A DNA stretch of 62,994 bases, the filler included, from Saprolegnia diclina VS20 (lineage: Eukaryota): NCBI RefSeq assembly GCF_000281045.1. It is 5 parts of 2 records of this genome, joined end to end, with 100 filler letters (N's around TTAATTAATTAA, not from the genome) between each part and the next. Parts side by side here need not be neighbours in the genome. Positions count along the whole stretch, not along the records: positions 19,342 to 51,170 come from NW_008246110.1; 4 more parts are not named here. The stretch is one strand, 5' to 3'. The translations under genes were made by a program, and so were the position numbers. Positions 22,862-34,649 of the stretch are shown here, piece after piece; the stretch's first letter is position 1; the number at the start of each line of letters is the position of its first letter. The notes under the pieces are model-generated. The model was not told the origin of the DNA. It saw only the letters and a list, made by a program, of their open reading frames with translations, and ran no database searches.

Positions 22862-25800
22862 ATGGCAGGTGTTGTTGGACCGGCGGCCGACGGGTCCGCG
22901 CTCCTCCTCGTCGACGTGGGCAGCCTCCGTGGGCATGAGCTCCAGAAGGAGGTCAGCCTCCTCCTCCTGCCGCAGGTCGACTGGTCCGCGGACTTTGCCG
23001 CGACCTTCGACGACGCCAAGGACCTTCTCGTCGCACCGCTCCAGTTCATCTCGGGCAACGTGCCTGTCCCGGCCGACCGGACGCTACTCCAGAAGGGCTC
23101 GATCTCTGTGCGATCGGAGGCCAGCGCGTCGCCGTCGACCGTGCCGGTCATCCCGGCCATCCAGCAGCAAATCATCGAGATGGCGGACGAGTTGCATCTC
23201 TCGGAGGTGTCGTGCTTGAAGTACTGGATCCTCGCGAGCGAGCCGGACAACCGCGCACTCGTGACGCACCGCAACCGCCTTCCGCCGTCGCTTTTGCGCG
23301 ACAACGTGCCCCGCGCCGCGCGCGAGTTTCTCTTGACCGAGACCAACGCCGTATTGACAGCGCTCTTTGAGCTCCTCCGCGCCCGTCTCGAGCCGACGAT
23401 TTCGGCGCAAAAGAAGGATGCGATCCTCGACTGTACGTCGATCGATGCTGCACGCATGGTCCTCATCTTCTTCTTCTAGACACGAACCGCCTCTTGCAGC
23501 AGGACCTGCTCGGCCACCTCTGTCGCGCGCTCACCGACACCATCCCGACGCTTCTCAAGAACAAGACAATGCACGCAATGGCCATGGTGTGGCAAAAGAC
23601 GATCGCCGAATGCATTTTTCTCATTGCGTCCAGCACGCTCCTGCTGCCGTCCGAGCTCAAGGCGCTCGTGTCGCTCTGCCAAGCCATTGGATCGCGCGTG
23701 CAGGCGACGAGCGGAAGCGTCACGACCGCGCTCCAAGGCGCGCTCGGTCTCTCGACCGAGGAGAGTCCGTACGACGTCAAGGAGGTCGCTTGTCAATTGC
23801 ACTCGCTCAGCTACGCGCACGCAGCGCTCGCGTCGACGCTGCAGACGTCATCCCTCCGTGTGCACCGGTCGTCGGGCGAGGCCGTGAGTCCGTCGCTCGC
23901 GTGGACGTCAGATGTCGGCGTCGCCACCGAGATCCTCCAGCTGCTCAAGGCGCCCTCGACGTGCAAGTTTCACGGTGTGCTCTTCCTCCTCGGCGCTGTC
24001 GGGTTTGCGCAGCACATGGCCAAGCTCACGTTTGTCAGCGAGAGCGATGTTACGCTCTTGCACGACGCTGGGCTCAAGCACAACGGGCTCACGCTGCTCG
24101 TGCAGCTGCTCTTTCCATTTGCCCCCGAAGGGTCGACGCTCCTCGCCATGTACGAAGGCGCGTTCGAAGACTTCTTCTCGGCCTACGTGAGCCTCCTCTT
24201 CCCGATGCACAAGAACGGTTCGTTGCTGCCGACATCGACGCCGACGACGACGCTCCCGATTCTCAACGCGGCGCTCTCGGCCCCCGATACGCTCACGCAG
24301 CTGCTCGAGCTCGGCATTGCGCTCAGCCAGCTCCACCCGACGTTTGCGAGCACGTTCTGGAGCGCGCACCAGTCGTTTCTGACGGCGTCGGCGACCTTGT
24401 CGCAGGCGACGAACGCGTCGCGCCTCGCGTACATGAAGCTCCTCTCGTCGTGTGCCCCGGGGTGCCCGGAGCTCGCGTACAAGCACATCAAGGAGAGCCC
24501 GCCGCCAGTGACGTGGAAGCACTTTTTTGCGGCCATTGACAATTACCGGCGCGTGCTGTCGCATGAACCGACGTTGCCGGGGTCGGCGCCGACCACGACG
24601 TCGTCGTCGTCGACGGTGGGCCACCGCTTCCAAGTGGCCGAGGTCGAAGCGCTCGATGCGATGCTGCAGATCTTCCAGTCGGTGCTCGGGAACCGCGCGA
24701 TCGTCCATTTCTTCCTCGACTGGCCCGACAGCAATGTGCTTTTGCTCTTTCTGAGCTTCTTGCGCTGCTCGATCCCGTCGTCGCTCAAGGGCGCGGTCAT
24801 GCAGACACTGTCGCGCTTTGTGATCTCGGCGCCACTCGCGCAGCTGCTGTGGCAGCACCTCGAGGCCGCGCAGATCCTCACGACGACGTCGAGCGTCGCC
24901 AACACGGGCATTCAGTTTGAGCTCGAGCAGATCGAGTCGATGCAGCGCACGTACCCGGCGACGAACGGCTTTGTGGCGCTGCTCCGACCGCTCTTTGAGT
25001 TTGAGTTTCCGGACGAATGCGGGTCGAGCTACCGTGTGAGCGGCAACCGCCCGTACTTTGACTTTGTGATTGAGCACGTTTTTCTCAAAATGACGACGCG
25101 CGAATTCGACAACGCGCTTGACAAGTGGACGCTCCTCGAGAACGTTCTCGGCCTCTTCCACGACGTGCTCCAGCGCTACGAGCCGGCACCGGGCGATTTC
25201 GTCGACGAGTACGTCGTCTTGAACATGACCAACGGCTCGACGCAGGTGCTCAAGCCCAAGGCCAGCGGCTTCCACCTGCTCTCCAAGCTGCTCACAGACA
25301 GCAACGTGTTGCGGATGCTGCTCGGCCTGCTTCCGTCGGTCGACGAGCTCGAGAGCGCGTACGAAGCCCAGCACACGGCCTACACGAGCGACCTCTGCCT
25401 CCAGCTTGTGCAGCCCGAAGACCACGTGCGCCCGTGGAACGCCCTCTCGAAGCGCCAGGACTGCGTCGTGCTCATTCTCGACATGCTCTCGCTGGCTATG
25501 CATAAAGAAGAGCGCTTCCTGTCGCTTTTGCGCGAGAGCCGCCTTCAGGACCGCGCCGCCGAGCCGCTCGCCAGCCTTCTCTCGCGGTCGCCGGTGCACA
25601 TTGTCAAGGTGTGCAAGTACCTCCGGTACCCGCACGCACCGATCGCGACGCTAGCGGTGCAGCTTCTTTCGCTGCTCAGCGGCAACATTCCGTCGCCGTC
25701 GCGCCTCGTCGAGATCTTTGTCGACGCCGGCGTCGACGGTGCAATGATCGACGGTGTCGTCGCGTCGCTGATGGACCCCACGTCGTCGCTCAAGACGCCG

Positions 25801-28119
25801 CTCCTCGATTTGCTCTTGGCCAACGTGCAAAAGCCGATGCCGAACCTCGCGACGTTCCTCCTTGGGTGGCCGACGCCGGCGCTCATGGCGGCAGCCCAAG
25901 GCGCGAATGCCCTCGATGCGATTTTGCTCTTCCTCGACAATGCGAGCTTGATTTTGGCGGCGCCGACGCTCGCTGAAAAGTGCTACCGTCTTTTGCACGT
26001 GCTCTTGTCGTCGGCGACGACGCTGCCGCTGACGCTCCAGCGCCTCGGTCGCCCGACGCTCAACTGCTTCCTCTTCCGCCAGGCCCAGGACATGCTGCCG
26101 CACCTCGTCGCGAGCCGCGTCGGTGCACATCGGGACCAATTGGCGCTCGTGCAGTGCCGCCGCTGGCTCCTCGAGAGCCTTGCTCTATGGCTCTTCCATG
26201 CCAAGTGCACGGAAGTCGCTTCATGGCTCTGGACGCCGTCGGCGCCGCTGCTCAGTCTTTTGAACGCGACGCCATTTTCGCTGGCGCCGCCGAGTCGCCC
26301 GTCGGACGCCCACAGCCTGGGTCTCGCTGAGCAGTGCACGCTCGAGAAGAACGGGCAGCTGCTCATCGACATTCCGGCCTTTTCAGCGCTCCTCGAACGC
26401 AGCGAGACGCTTGCGTGGACGCCGGTGGAGACGCGCGACAAGGCGAGCAACGTCGCAAACGTGCTGCAGTGGGCGCTGAGCTGGAACCGGTACTCGGAGC
26501 GCATTGGTGCCGAAGCGCAAGCGCTTGGCGCGTGGCGCAAGCTCGTCGAAGTCGCCGTCTTGCAGTACGCGGCGCCGGTGGCCGCGCTGCACCGGACGCT
26601 CGATGCGGTGTTTTCGACGCTGCAGACCCCGGGCCTTGTCGCGCACTTGGTCGAATTGGCGGCAAAGGTGACGGTCGCGATGAGCTTCCAGCTGCGCAGC
26701 GCGATGGCAGACAAGGCGCCGCTGTCGGCGCCCCAGCGCCGACTTCTCCTCGAGCGCTGCACCAAGGCGATCCAGTGCACGACGACGACCAGTGGCAACC
26801 CGGCCGCGGGCCGCCGCGCGCGCTCGAGCCTGTATACGAGCTACCTTCACGTGCTGCGGTACCTTGAGGCGCATGCATCGAGCACCTCGGGTGGGCACTT
26901 GGACGTCTTGACGTCATCGACGCCGAGTGCGACCGCGGTCACCGTCGACGCGCAGTTTGTGGCGCTCGTGTGCCGTGACGCGACCGACGTCACGGTGCCG
27001 CTCACGATGGGTCTTGCGATGAACATTCTCGAAAGCTTGCCGTCGGCGAGCGTCTTGCCGTTGCTCCAGCACCAAGTGCCGCACCTCTGCGGTCTCTTCA
27101 AGAATGACGTGCAAGCGTCGACGCTCGTGCTGCCGTCCGTGCTCTCGCTCTGGACGCAAATGGCCGGCACGAAGGACGGAGCGCTGGCATTGCTGCAAGG
27201 CGGCGCCTTGCGTGCACTCATGACGGTGGACCTCCCGTCGCGGCCCGTCAAGCCCCACAACGGCCCGCTCGATGCCTACTTGGCGGCGGACCAAGCCTTT
27301 TACGACCAGTGGCTGCCCGTGCTGCGTCTCTTGGCGGCGCTCGCGGCGTCGTTGCCGCAGCACACGGAGCTCATGGAGCTCCTCGTGCAGTCGGTGGGCT
27401 TTCACTGGAAGCGCGTCGCTTCGAGCGTCAAGCTGCTCGAGGCGACGATCTCGCTCAACCACGTGACGGAGCTCTCGCTCATGACCTTTTTGCTCAAGAC
27501 GCTTGCGGCGTTCCCGTCGCTGCTCGAGTCGGGGCTCGGCGCGGCCAAGGTGCACAAGCTCACGCAGCGTCTCTTGGCGCTGCTTCCGTTCTTTGGGCTC
27601 CACGTGCTCCATGGCGGGTGGTGGACGACGCTGGCGCCGCGCACGCTCTCGGAGCAAGAGCGCAGCGAGATTCTCGTCGATGGCAAGTGGAGCCTCTTTG
27701 CGCAGAGTGCGTTGTATGCGTCGCGCTTGACGCTGTGCCACACCATGGCGTTCTGCCGCCTCCGCCTCCAAGGCGCCGAGAAGACGACGACGCTGTTTGC
27801 CAACGACGAGTGGAACGTGTGGAAGCGGCTGCTGGAGGCGTGGAAGGCTGCGCTCTTTGTCGATGGGAAAGCAACGTGCGACGCGGCGTTTCACAAGGAG
27901 ACGATGGTGTTCCTCGTCGAGCACATGGTCGCGCTTCTGACGCTGCATGCGCTCCAGTACGAGAACGGCGCGCAGGCCAAGTCGATCTTGACGCTCTTGG
28001 GCACGGATTTCGAGGTACGCGCTTCGATCCCCGGTAAATGCTCATGTTTTTTGTAGAATTATGCGTTTGTGCACGTGCTGAGCCGCAAGCTGCGCGAAGT
28101 GAGCCACGACCAGCCGTAA
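22862..28119 (+). CDS. NUP205: Nuclear pore protein Nup205/Nup192
   Basis: 1520-aa core ORF with CSIPSSLKG, LWQHLEAAQIL, GIQFELEQIES..TYPAT.GF, YRVSG.RPYFDFV, PMPNLATFLLG; introns near 23433-23479 and 28015-28057; final exon NYAFVH..QP*. Confidence 0.88.
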
Positions 28120-28448
28120 GCGTCCTTGGTCGATTAATTAATTCGTCCCTCTGCATTTCTACCTCTTTAGTCGTCTCTTCTTGTCCTTGGCCAAGGGTTA
28201 GGGCTAACACCAAGTGTTTATTCCCTTATACCTCCTCGTAATAGCGAGCATGGTACCCTCGCATGCCACCAGTTTCGTCTCGCGTTGGACGACCTGCCAC
28301 CACCTTGGCCATGGCGTCATGCGAGGTGCCAGCTGCCAGTAGAGTCGACCTCGCAGACACAGCAAAGCTCTCCGGATACCGAGATGCTCGATGGATACAT
28401 GTGGGATGATACTAGTAGTTGCAGTGGTGTCGATGCGCCTCTTGGCTG

Positions 28449-28469
28449 ATTATTGTGTGAAAATATACG
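28449..28469 (+). repeat. 21-bp direct repeat copy 1 (ATTATTGTGTGAAAATATACG)
   Basis: Identical to 31534-31554; the two copies flank the Ca-ATPase gene. Confidence 0.9.
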
Positions 28470-28485
28470 ACGATGCTTCATTTGA

Positions 28486-31470
28486 TTGCGACTCTTGGCT
28501 GGTGACCTCGTCCGCCTCGTCGAGACCGACGACGCGCGTGTGGCCGACGCGATTACTGCTCTCGGCGGCGTCGATGGCCTCGCGGCCGCGCTCGACGTCC
28601 GCCTCGACGTCGGCCTGAAGTCGGCCCACACGAACGACCTGGCCCAGCGGACAGCTACGTTTGGCACCAACGATTTGGTCGTGGACTTGCCGCTGACGCT
28701 TCTCGCCCGCATGCGCATGACGTTCGAGGTTCGCTCATATGCCAATGACGCCTATGACAATGGTGACGCGTAGGACGTGACGCTGCGCATTCTGTGTGGC
28801 GCGGGCGTCGTGTCGCTTTTGCTGGGCGGCGCCCAAGGCGCGGCCAACGACTGGATCCAAGGCGCGTGGATCCTTCTCGCCGTATTTAGCATCGTCCTCG
28901 TTACTGCGTACCAGGAGCACGCGAAAGACGCGCAGTTCCGCGCGCTCAACCGCGTCAAGCAAGACGAGCGCATCAAGGTACTTCGGGATGGCGGCCCCAC
29001 TCTCGTGCGCAAGTTCCAGCTCGTTGTCGGCGACGTCGTGCGCCTGGAGGTCGGCGACATCGTACCCGCCGACGGCCTCGTCTTCGCCAGCCATGACCTC
29101 AAGCTCGACGAGAGCACAATGACGGGCGAGTCGACATACGTGACCAAGCAGATCGTCCTCGCGGGCACGCAGGTCATGGAAGGCGTCGGGAGCATGCTCG
29201 TGCTCTGCGTCGGCGCGTCGACACAGGCCGGTATGATCGCTTCGCTCGTGGCCGGCAAGGCGCTCGCGACACCATCGTCCTCGACAGAAAAAGAAACCAA
29301 CTCGGACGGCTACCGCGCGATCGAGACTCCGCGCGCCGCGGACGGCGTGGTAACTTCAAAGACAGTCTCAGAGCCAGCGTCGCCACTGCACGGCAAGCTC
29401 GACGCCGTCATGTTGCTCCTCGGCAAGGTGAGCGTGGTCGTAGCGCTGCTTGTCTTTATAGCGCTAGCAACGCGCTACTCGATCACAACGTTCGCCGTCG
29501 ACGAGCCCGAGTGGTCCCAGAAACACCTTCAAGAATACCTGACGTTCTTCATCCTCGGCGTCACGGTCCTTGTGGTGGGCATTCCCGAAGGTCTCCCGCT
29601 TGCTGTCACAATCGCCCTCTCCTACTCGATCAAGAAGATGCTCTTGGACAACAACCTCGTGCGCCACCTCGACGCGTGCGAGACCATGGGGTCGGCGACT
29701 ACGATCTGCTCGGACAAGACGGGGACGCTCACAACCAACCGCATGACGGTCGTCGAAAGCTACGTCGGCGGCACCGAATTCTCGTCCTCGGCCGACCTCG
29801 GCGTTGCCTTGTCGCCGGTCGCCATGGCGGCCCTCTGCGACGGCATCTGCCTCAACTCGACGGCCGAGATCCTCCCGCCGCTCAAAGAAGGCGGCAAGCC
29901 CGAGCACACGGGCAACAAGACCGAGTGCGCGCTCCTCCAGTTTGCCGCCGACATGGGTGTCGCCTACGCCGACGTGCGCAAGGGCGGTGAGATTGGCCAC
30001 ATGATTACGTTCAGCTCGGCCAAGAAGCGCATGTCGGTGGTTGTCCGCGTCTCGGCGACGACGTGCCGTGTGTTTACCAAGGGCGCGAGTGAGATTGTGC
30101 TGGAGCTTTGCACGTCGCAGCAGCGCCTCGACGGCTCGACGATCCCGATGGAGAGTCACATGAAGAGCCACATTCTGAGCAACGTGATTGAAAAGTACGC
30201 TGGCCAGGCGTACCGGACGCTCTGCCTGGCGTACCGTGACATTGACGCGTCGATGGACGACATCAAGAGCTGGTCGGACGACGAGATCGAGCGCGACCTC
30301 ACGTGCGTGGCCATTGTCGGCATCGAAGACCCGGTCCGCGACGAAGTGCCGGGCGCGATCCGCCAGTGCAACGACGCCGGCATCGTCGTGCGCATGGTGA
30401 CCGGCGACAACATTGCGACGGCCAAGTCGATCGCGCTCAAGTGCGGCATCCTCTCGCCCAACGACGGGTCGCTGGTCATGGAAGGCACCGAGTTCCGTCG
30501 CCGCGTCTTGGACTCGAACGGCAACATCATCCAGAGCGAGTTTGACAAGATCTGGCCCATGCTCCGCGTGCTCGCGCGGTCGAGCCCGAAGGACAAGTAC
30601 ACGCTCGTGTCGGGTCTGATTGCGTCCAACGTGTACCCGCACGGTCCGCAGGTCGTGGCGGTGACGGGCGACGGCACCAACGACGCGCCGGCGCTCAAGA
30701 AGGCGGACGTCGGTTTTGCGATGGGCATTTGCGGCACGGCGGTCGCCAAGGACGCGTCCGATATCATCTTGATGGACGACAACTTCAAGTCGATTGTCAA
30801 CGCAGTCAAGTGGGGTCGCAACGTGTACGACTCGATCTCCAAGTTTCTCCAGTTCCAGCTTACCGTGATTTTGACGGCGGTGGCGCTCACAGTCTTCGGC
30901 TCTCTCTTTCTGGCGAAGACGCCGCTGACGGCGATTCAAATGCTGTGGTTCAACCTCATCATGGACCTGTTTGCATCGCTTGCACTTGCAACAGAGAAGC
31001 CGACCGACGCGCTGCTCGAGCGCAAGCCATACCCGCGCACCAAGCCGCTCATCTCGAAAACGATGGCCAAGCACATTGTCGGTCAAAGCCTCTTTCAAGT
31101 GTGCTTACTTCTGCTGCTTGTCTTCTATGGCGACGAGCTTCTGGACGTGCCGTCCGGTCGTGACGCACCGATGCCAACAAAGCACTACACGATGGTCTTT
31201 GCCACGTTTGTGTTTCTCCAAATCTTCAACGAAATCAACGCGCGCAAGCTTCGCGACGAGTGCAATGTGTTTACGGGCGTCGGGGCCAACCACGCATTTC
31301 TTGCTTTGTTCCTGCTCCAGTTTATCATACAAGTGATTGTCACGCAGTTTGGCGGCGTCGCGTTTAGCTGCGAGCCGCTGACGTCGACACAGCTGATGCT
31401 CGCTCTCGGCCTTGGTGCGCTCTCGTTGCCTGTGGGTCTCTGCCTCCGCCTCGTACCAGTTCTGCGCTAA
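28486..31470 (+). CDS. P-type IIB (PMCA-like) calcium-transporting ATPase; 5' start unresolved
   Basis: TGES, PEGLPLAVT, ICSDKTGTLT, KGASE, MVTGDN, SSPKDK, TGDGTNDAPAL, NLIMD; intron ~28729-28773. Confidence 0.93.
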
Positions 31471-31533
31471 GCTCTTAAGAGAAAGGTCGTCGGTGGTATA
31501 TTGTGCAGGCAAAGAGGCTGCGTTATCATGGCT

Positions 31534-31554
31534 ATTATTGTGTGAAAATATACG
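31534..31554 (+). repeat. 21-bp direct repeat copy 2
   Basis: Identical to 28449-28469. Confidence 0.9.
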
Positions 31555-31611
31555 CGATTTTGGAGAAGAGCTTTGCGCGATTTCGGTAGGATGCAGAGCG
31601 ATTTCGAGCAC

Positions 31612-31711
31612 NNNNNNNNNNNNNNNNNNNNNNNNNNNNNNNNNNNNNNNNNNNNNNNNNNNNNNNNNNNNNNNNNNNNNNNNNNNNNNNNNNNNNNNNN
31701 NNNNNNNNNNN
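31612..31711. other. Assembly gap (100 N)
   Basis: N run; truncates the repetitive 3' end of the 31712-34319 gene. Confidence 0.97.
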
Positions 31712-34319
31712 GCTCGATGCCGTCACCGCGCCAGTCACGGCAAGAGTAGAATCGAGGGCCGTCGCCCCGACGACGTGCAGCGTGCTCGATGCCGTCACCG
31801 CGCCAGCAATGGAGGCGGTCCCTGTCGACACGACGAGGTTGCCTTGGTGCAGCGTCGTGTCGCCAGTTCCCTGGATGTCAAATATCGGTGTCCCCACTAT
31901 CACCTCGGCCTGGAGGATGTAGAAGGAGGGAGGAGCCGTAGCAGCTGTCGTTGCGAGATACAACAAGGCTTTTGTAAAAGCCGCATCGGTGGCGTACACG
32001 GCTGCCGCATGGACCGAAGTGGCCTTTTGCGTGATCGACGTACCACCGTCTTCGACAACGAGGCCCGTGGTAGAAATCGTAGCTCCTCCGGTCGCGACTT
32101 GAAGACCCGCTTTGATGACAGCACCACCCGCGTCGACGAGAAGACCGCCGTTGGAAATCGTGGCGCCACCCATGACAACCTCGAAGCCTCCGACCCACAC
32201 CTTGGTGAGGCCAGAGCCGTGGACGGAAAAAAGCTGAATGTTGTTGGCTTTGGCTTCGAGTAGGTAGAAGCCTGTGTTGGCGGCACGGCTTGTTTGAATC
32301 GTCGCCACGGTGCCACCGAACGCGTTGTCGGTGGAGGTCACTGTCAACGCGGCCGCCGTCGGATCTTGGTTGGTCACACTGGCACCGCCGTTGCTGATGG
32401 TCGTGCGCCCAGACGACTCGACAGCAAACGCGACCGTACTACTAGCCGTGCATTTGAGTAAAAAATAGTCTGTCGCGGGGTAGGCCGATGCCGTTGCCGC
32501 CAAGACGGACAGCACCGTGCCCGTGAACGCGGCGTTGGTACTTTGAACCGTTGTCGTCGTCGTCGCCGTCGTCGTGTCGGTGATCGTGGCGCCCCCCGAG
32601 AGCACCTCGAAACCACCGCGACGTACCGTCGTCCGGCCGTCGCCACGCACATCAAACACCGCTGTCGACAGTCCCGACGTGTACGCAGCAATCAAGTTGA
32701 ACGCACTAGAGCCCGCGCGAGTGGCTTGGAGCAGGAGTACGTTGCTCGTATACGAGGCGTGTCCAGCGACGAGACCGAGGACGGCTGCATTTTGAGCCGA
32801 GGCCGACACCGTCGCGCCGCCGTCGACGACTTGGAGACCGCCCGTCTGGATCGTCGCGCCCGATTGAACAAACAAAGTACCCGACTGGATGCGGACGTTG
32901 CCGGTGTTCCAGTACGTGTGGCCCGCGCCGTCCATATAGAAGAGCGTAACCGCGCTAGCTTCGATCTGCACCATTTGAAAGTCCGTCGCACTGCCCTTGA
33001 TCGTGTGGATGCGCAGTGCTGTGCCTTGGAACGTCGTCCCCGTTGGCTCGATGAGGAACCCGTCGCGCTGGTCCAGATTGTCGGGGATGTTGCTCGGCTG
33101 GTTGCAGTCGATCGCCTTGTAGTCCATAAAGCACGTGCAGAGACCAGTGGCAAAGTCGCAAATGCCGCGGTTCGAGCAAAACGCGTACTCTAATGGCAAG
33201 CTCAATCGGGAACAAGAAACAACGAGTCGTCGGACCGACGAGGTTGGCCGTGTTGCCGTCGACAAGGCTGCACGACGGCGTGTTGCTGCTCGTGACACCG
33301 AGCACGTTGCAACTGAATTGACTCAGCGCCGGGTTCCCGTCGTGCGTAAACACATTGTTCTCCACCGGCGTCAATGGCCACGACGTGAACGTAATCGTAT
33401 ACGACGCACCTACCCCACGAGAGGATGTGGCCTAAGGGTGTTGCAACCAACCGTACCGCCCGTCGTGCCGTCGATAGCGCCTTGCACGCACGTCGCACTC
33501 CCAACAGTGCTAAGACTGCTGATCGCCGCCGCACAAATCGCATTCGAGTTGGCGTTGCCATTCGCCGGCATCGTCACCGAGCGCCCGTTGAACGTAAACG
33601 TCACGGTGCCCGCAAGCGCCGACCCGGCACCGGCGACGGTCAACACCACGCTCCGGTACGTCTGGCCTGTCGTGAGCGGATCGTCGTTCTTGGGGCACAT
33701 GCCTAATCAGATGTCAATCACGCGGCGCTCAGTACGACGCACGTACGCAGAGAGCAGTCGGGGCCTTGGTAACCGTAGTCGCAAAAGCACGCCATCATCG
33801 AGTTGGCTTCCCAGTTGGTGTACGCTGGACCGGACCCGGTGCCAGTGTCTCGGCCGTGCGCGAGCGCCATCATGGCCGTCGATTGGCACATGCCGTGGCC
33901 CGAGCACGAGTTTAAGCACACACCTACGCAGCTTGCAAGCATCGACTACGAATCGAATGGCGTACTTCGCTGGCACGCGTCCCCGGCGAATCCATCAGCG
34001 CATGTGCACACTCCTTTGATGTAGTCGCACGTCCCTCGGTTCGAGCACTCCATCATCGAGTGGGCCGTGTTGGCCGCCAACGCCTTGTCGGACCACGCGA
34101 TGCCCTTTGGGCAGGCGCGGCGCGAGCAGTCGGCGCCCATAAAATTGGCAAAGCACGTGCATTTGCTAGCAAAACAAACATGAGTCCACACGTATATCTG
34201 CTGGTCGAGTACTTGGCCGCGCCGCACGTGCCATGCCCCGAGCACATGTTGGCGCAGGTGCCATCGGCAGCGTCCCAGGCGCTGAGGCTGAGCGCAACAA
34301 GGAGGTTTACGAAGCGCAT
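31712..34319 (-). CDS. Secreted EGF/tenascin-like (Sig/mastigoneme-type) protein with long C-terminal Gly/Thr-rich beta-repeat tail; 3' end in gap
   Basis: Signal peptide MRFVNLLVALSLSAWDAADG; CSGHGTC, GADCS.R.CPKGIAWSD, ECSNRGTCD, CPKNDDP, CSNRGICD; then five repeats F.G..L.......F.L.......F.V.G.G.T, separated by variable-length spacers. Confidence 0.85.
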
Positions 34320-34391
34320 TGATTGATGCTCGGCGATCCGACTCGAAACGTCGTTTGAAGCGCGATCTTGCGCCGATGGTGGTGACACGCA

Positions 34392-34640
34392 CGTTAAACA
34401 CACGCGTTAAATGGTGCGTGCAACGACGGTTTCGGTTAAACGCCGTCGTCGACACCCAGGCACGCCTCAAGACAATCGCATACCGACCGCACGCGTACCT
34501 CAGGTGTGGGCTACAGCCCACGCATTCCCGTGTCATAAACACGATTTTGACCATCCAGCTCTTTTGTGGTTTGCAAGGTAGCATCACCAGCAACTCGGAA
34601 TCGGCATTTAACGCATTTATCGTTTTTAACGCATTTAACG
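34392..34640. promoter_or_regulatory. Bidirectional promoter with mirror-oriented TTTAACG motifs
   Basis: CGTTAAA at 34392 and 34405 (GGTTAAA at 34434) near the minus gene; TTTAACG at 34607, 34625 and 34634 near the plus gene. Confidence 0.65.
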
Positions 34641-34649
34641 TGTTGGTCG

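Noticed and set aside
23908..25635. Long antisense ORFs (also 6877-7818, 29464-31098, 44768-46171, 55813-56793)
   Set aside because: Shadow frames from GC3-rich codon bias opposite real genes; Arg/Ala-rich with no motifs
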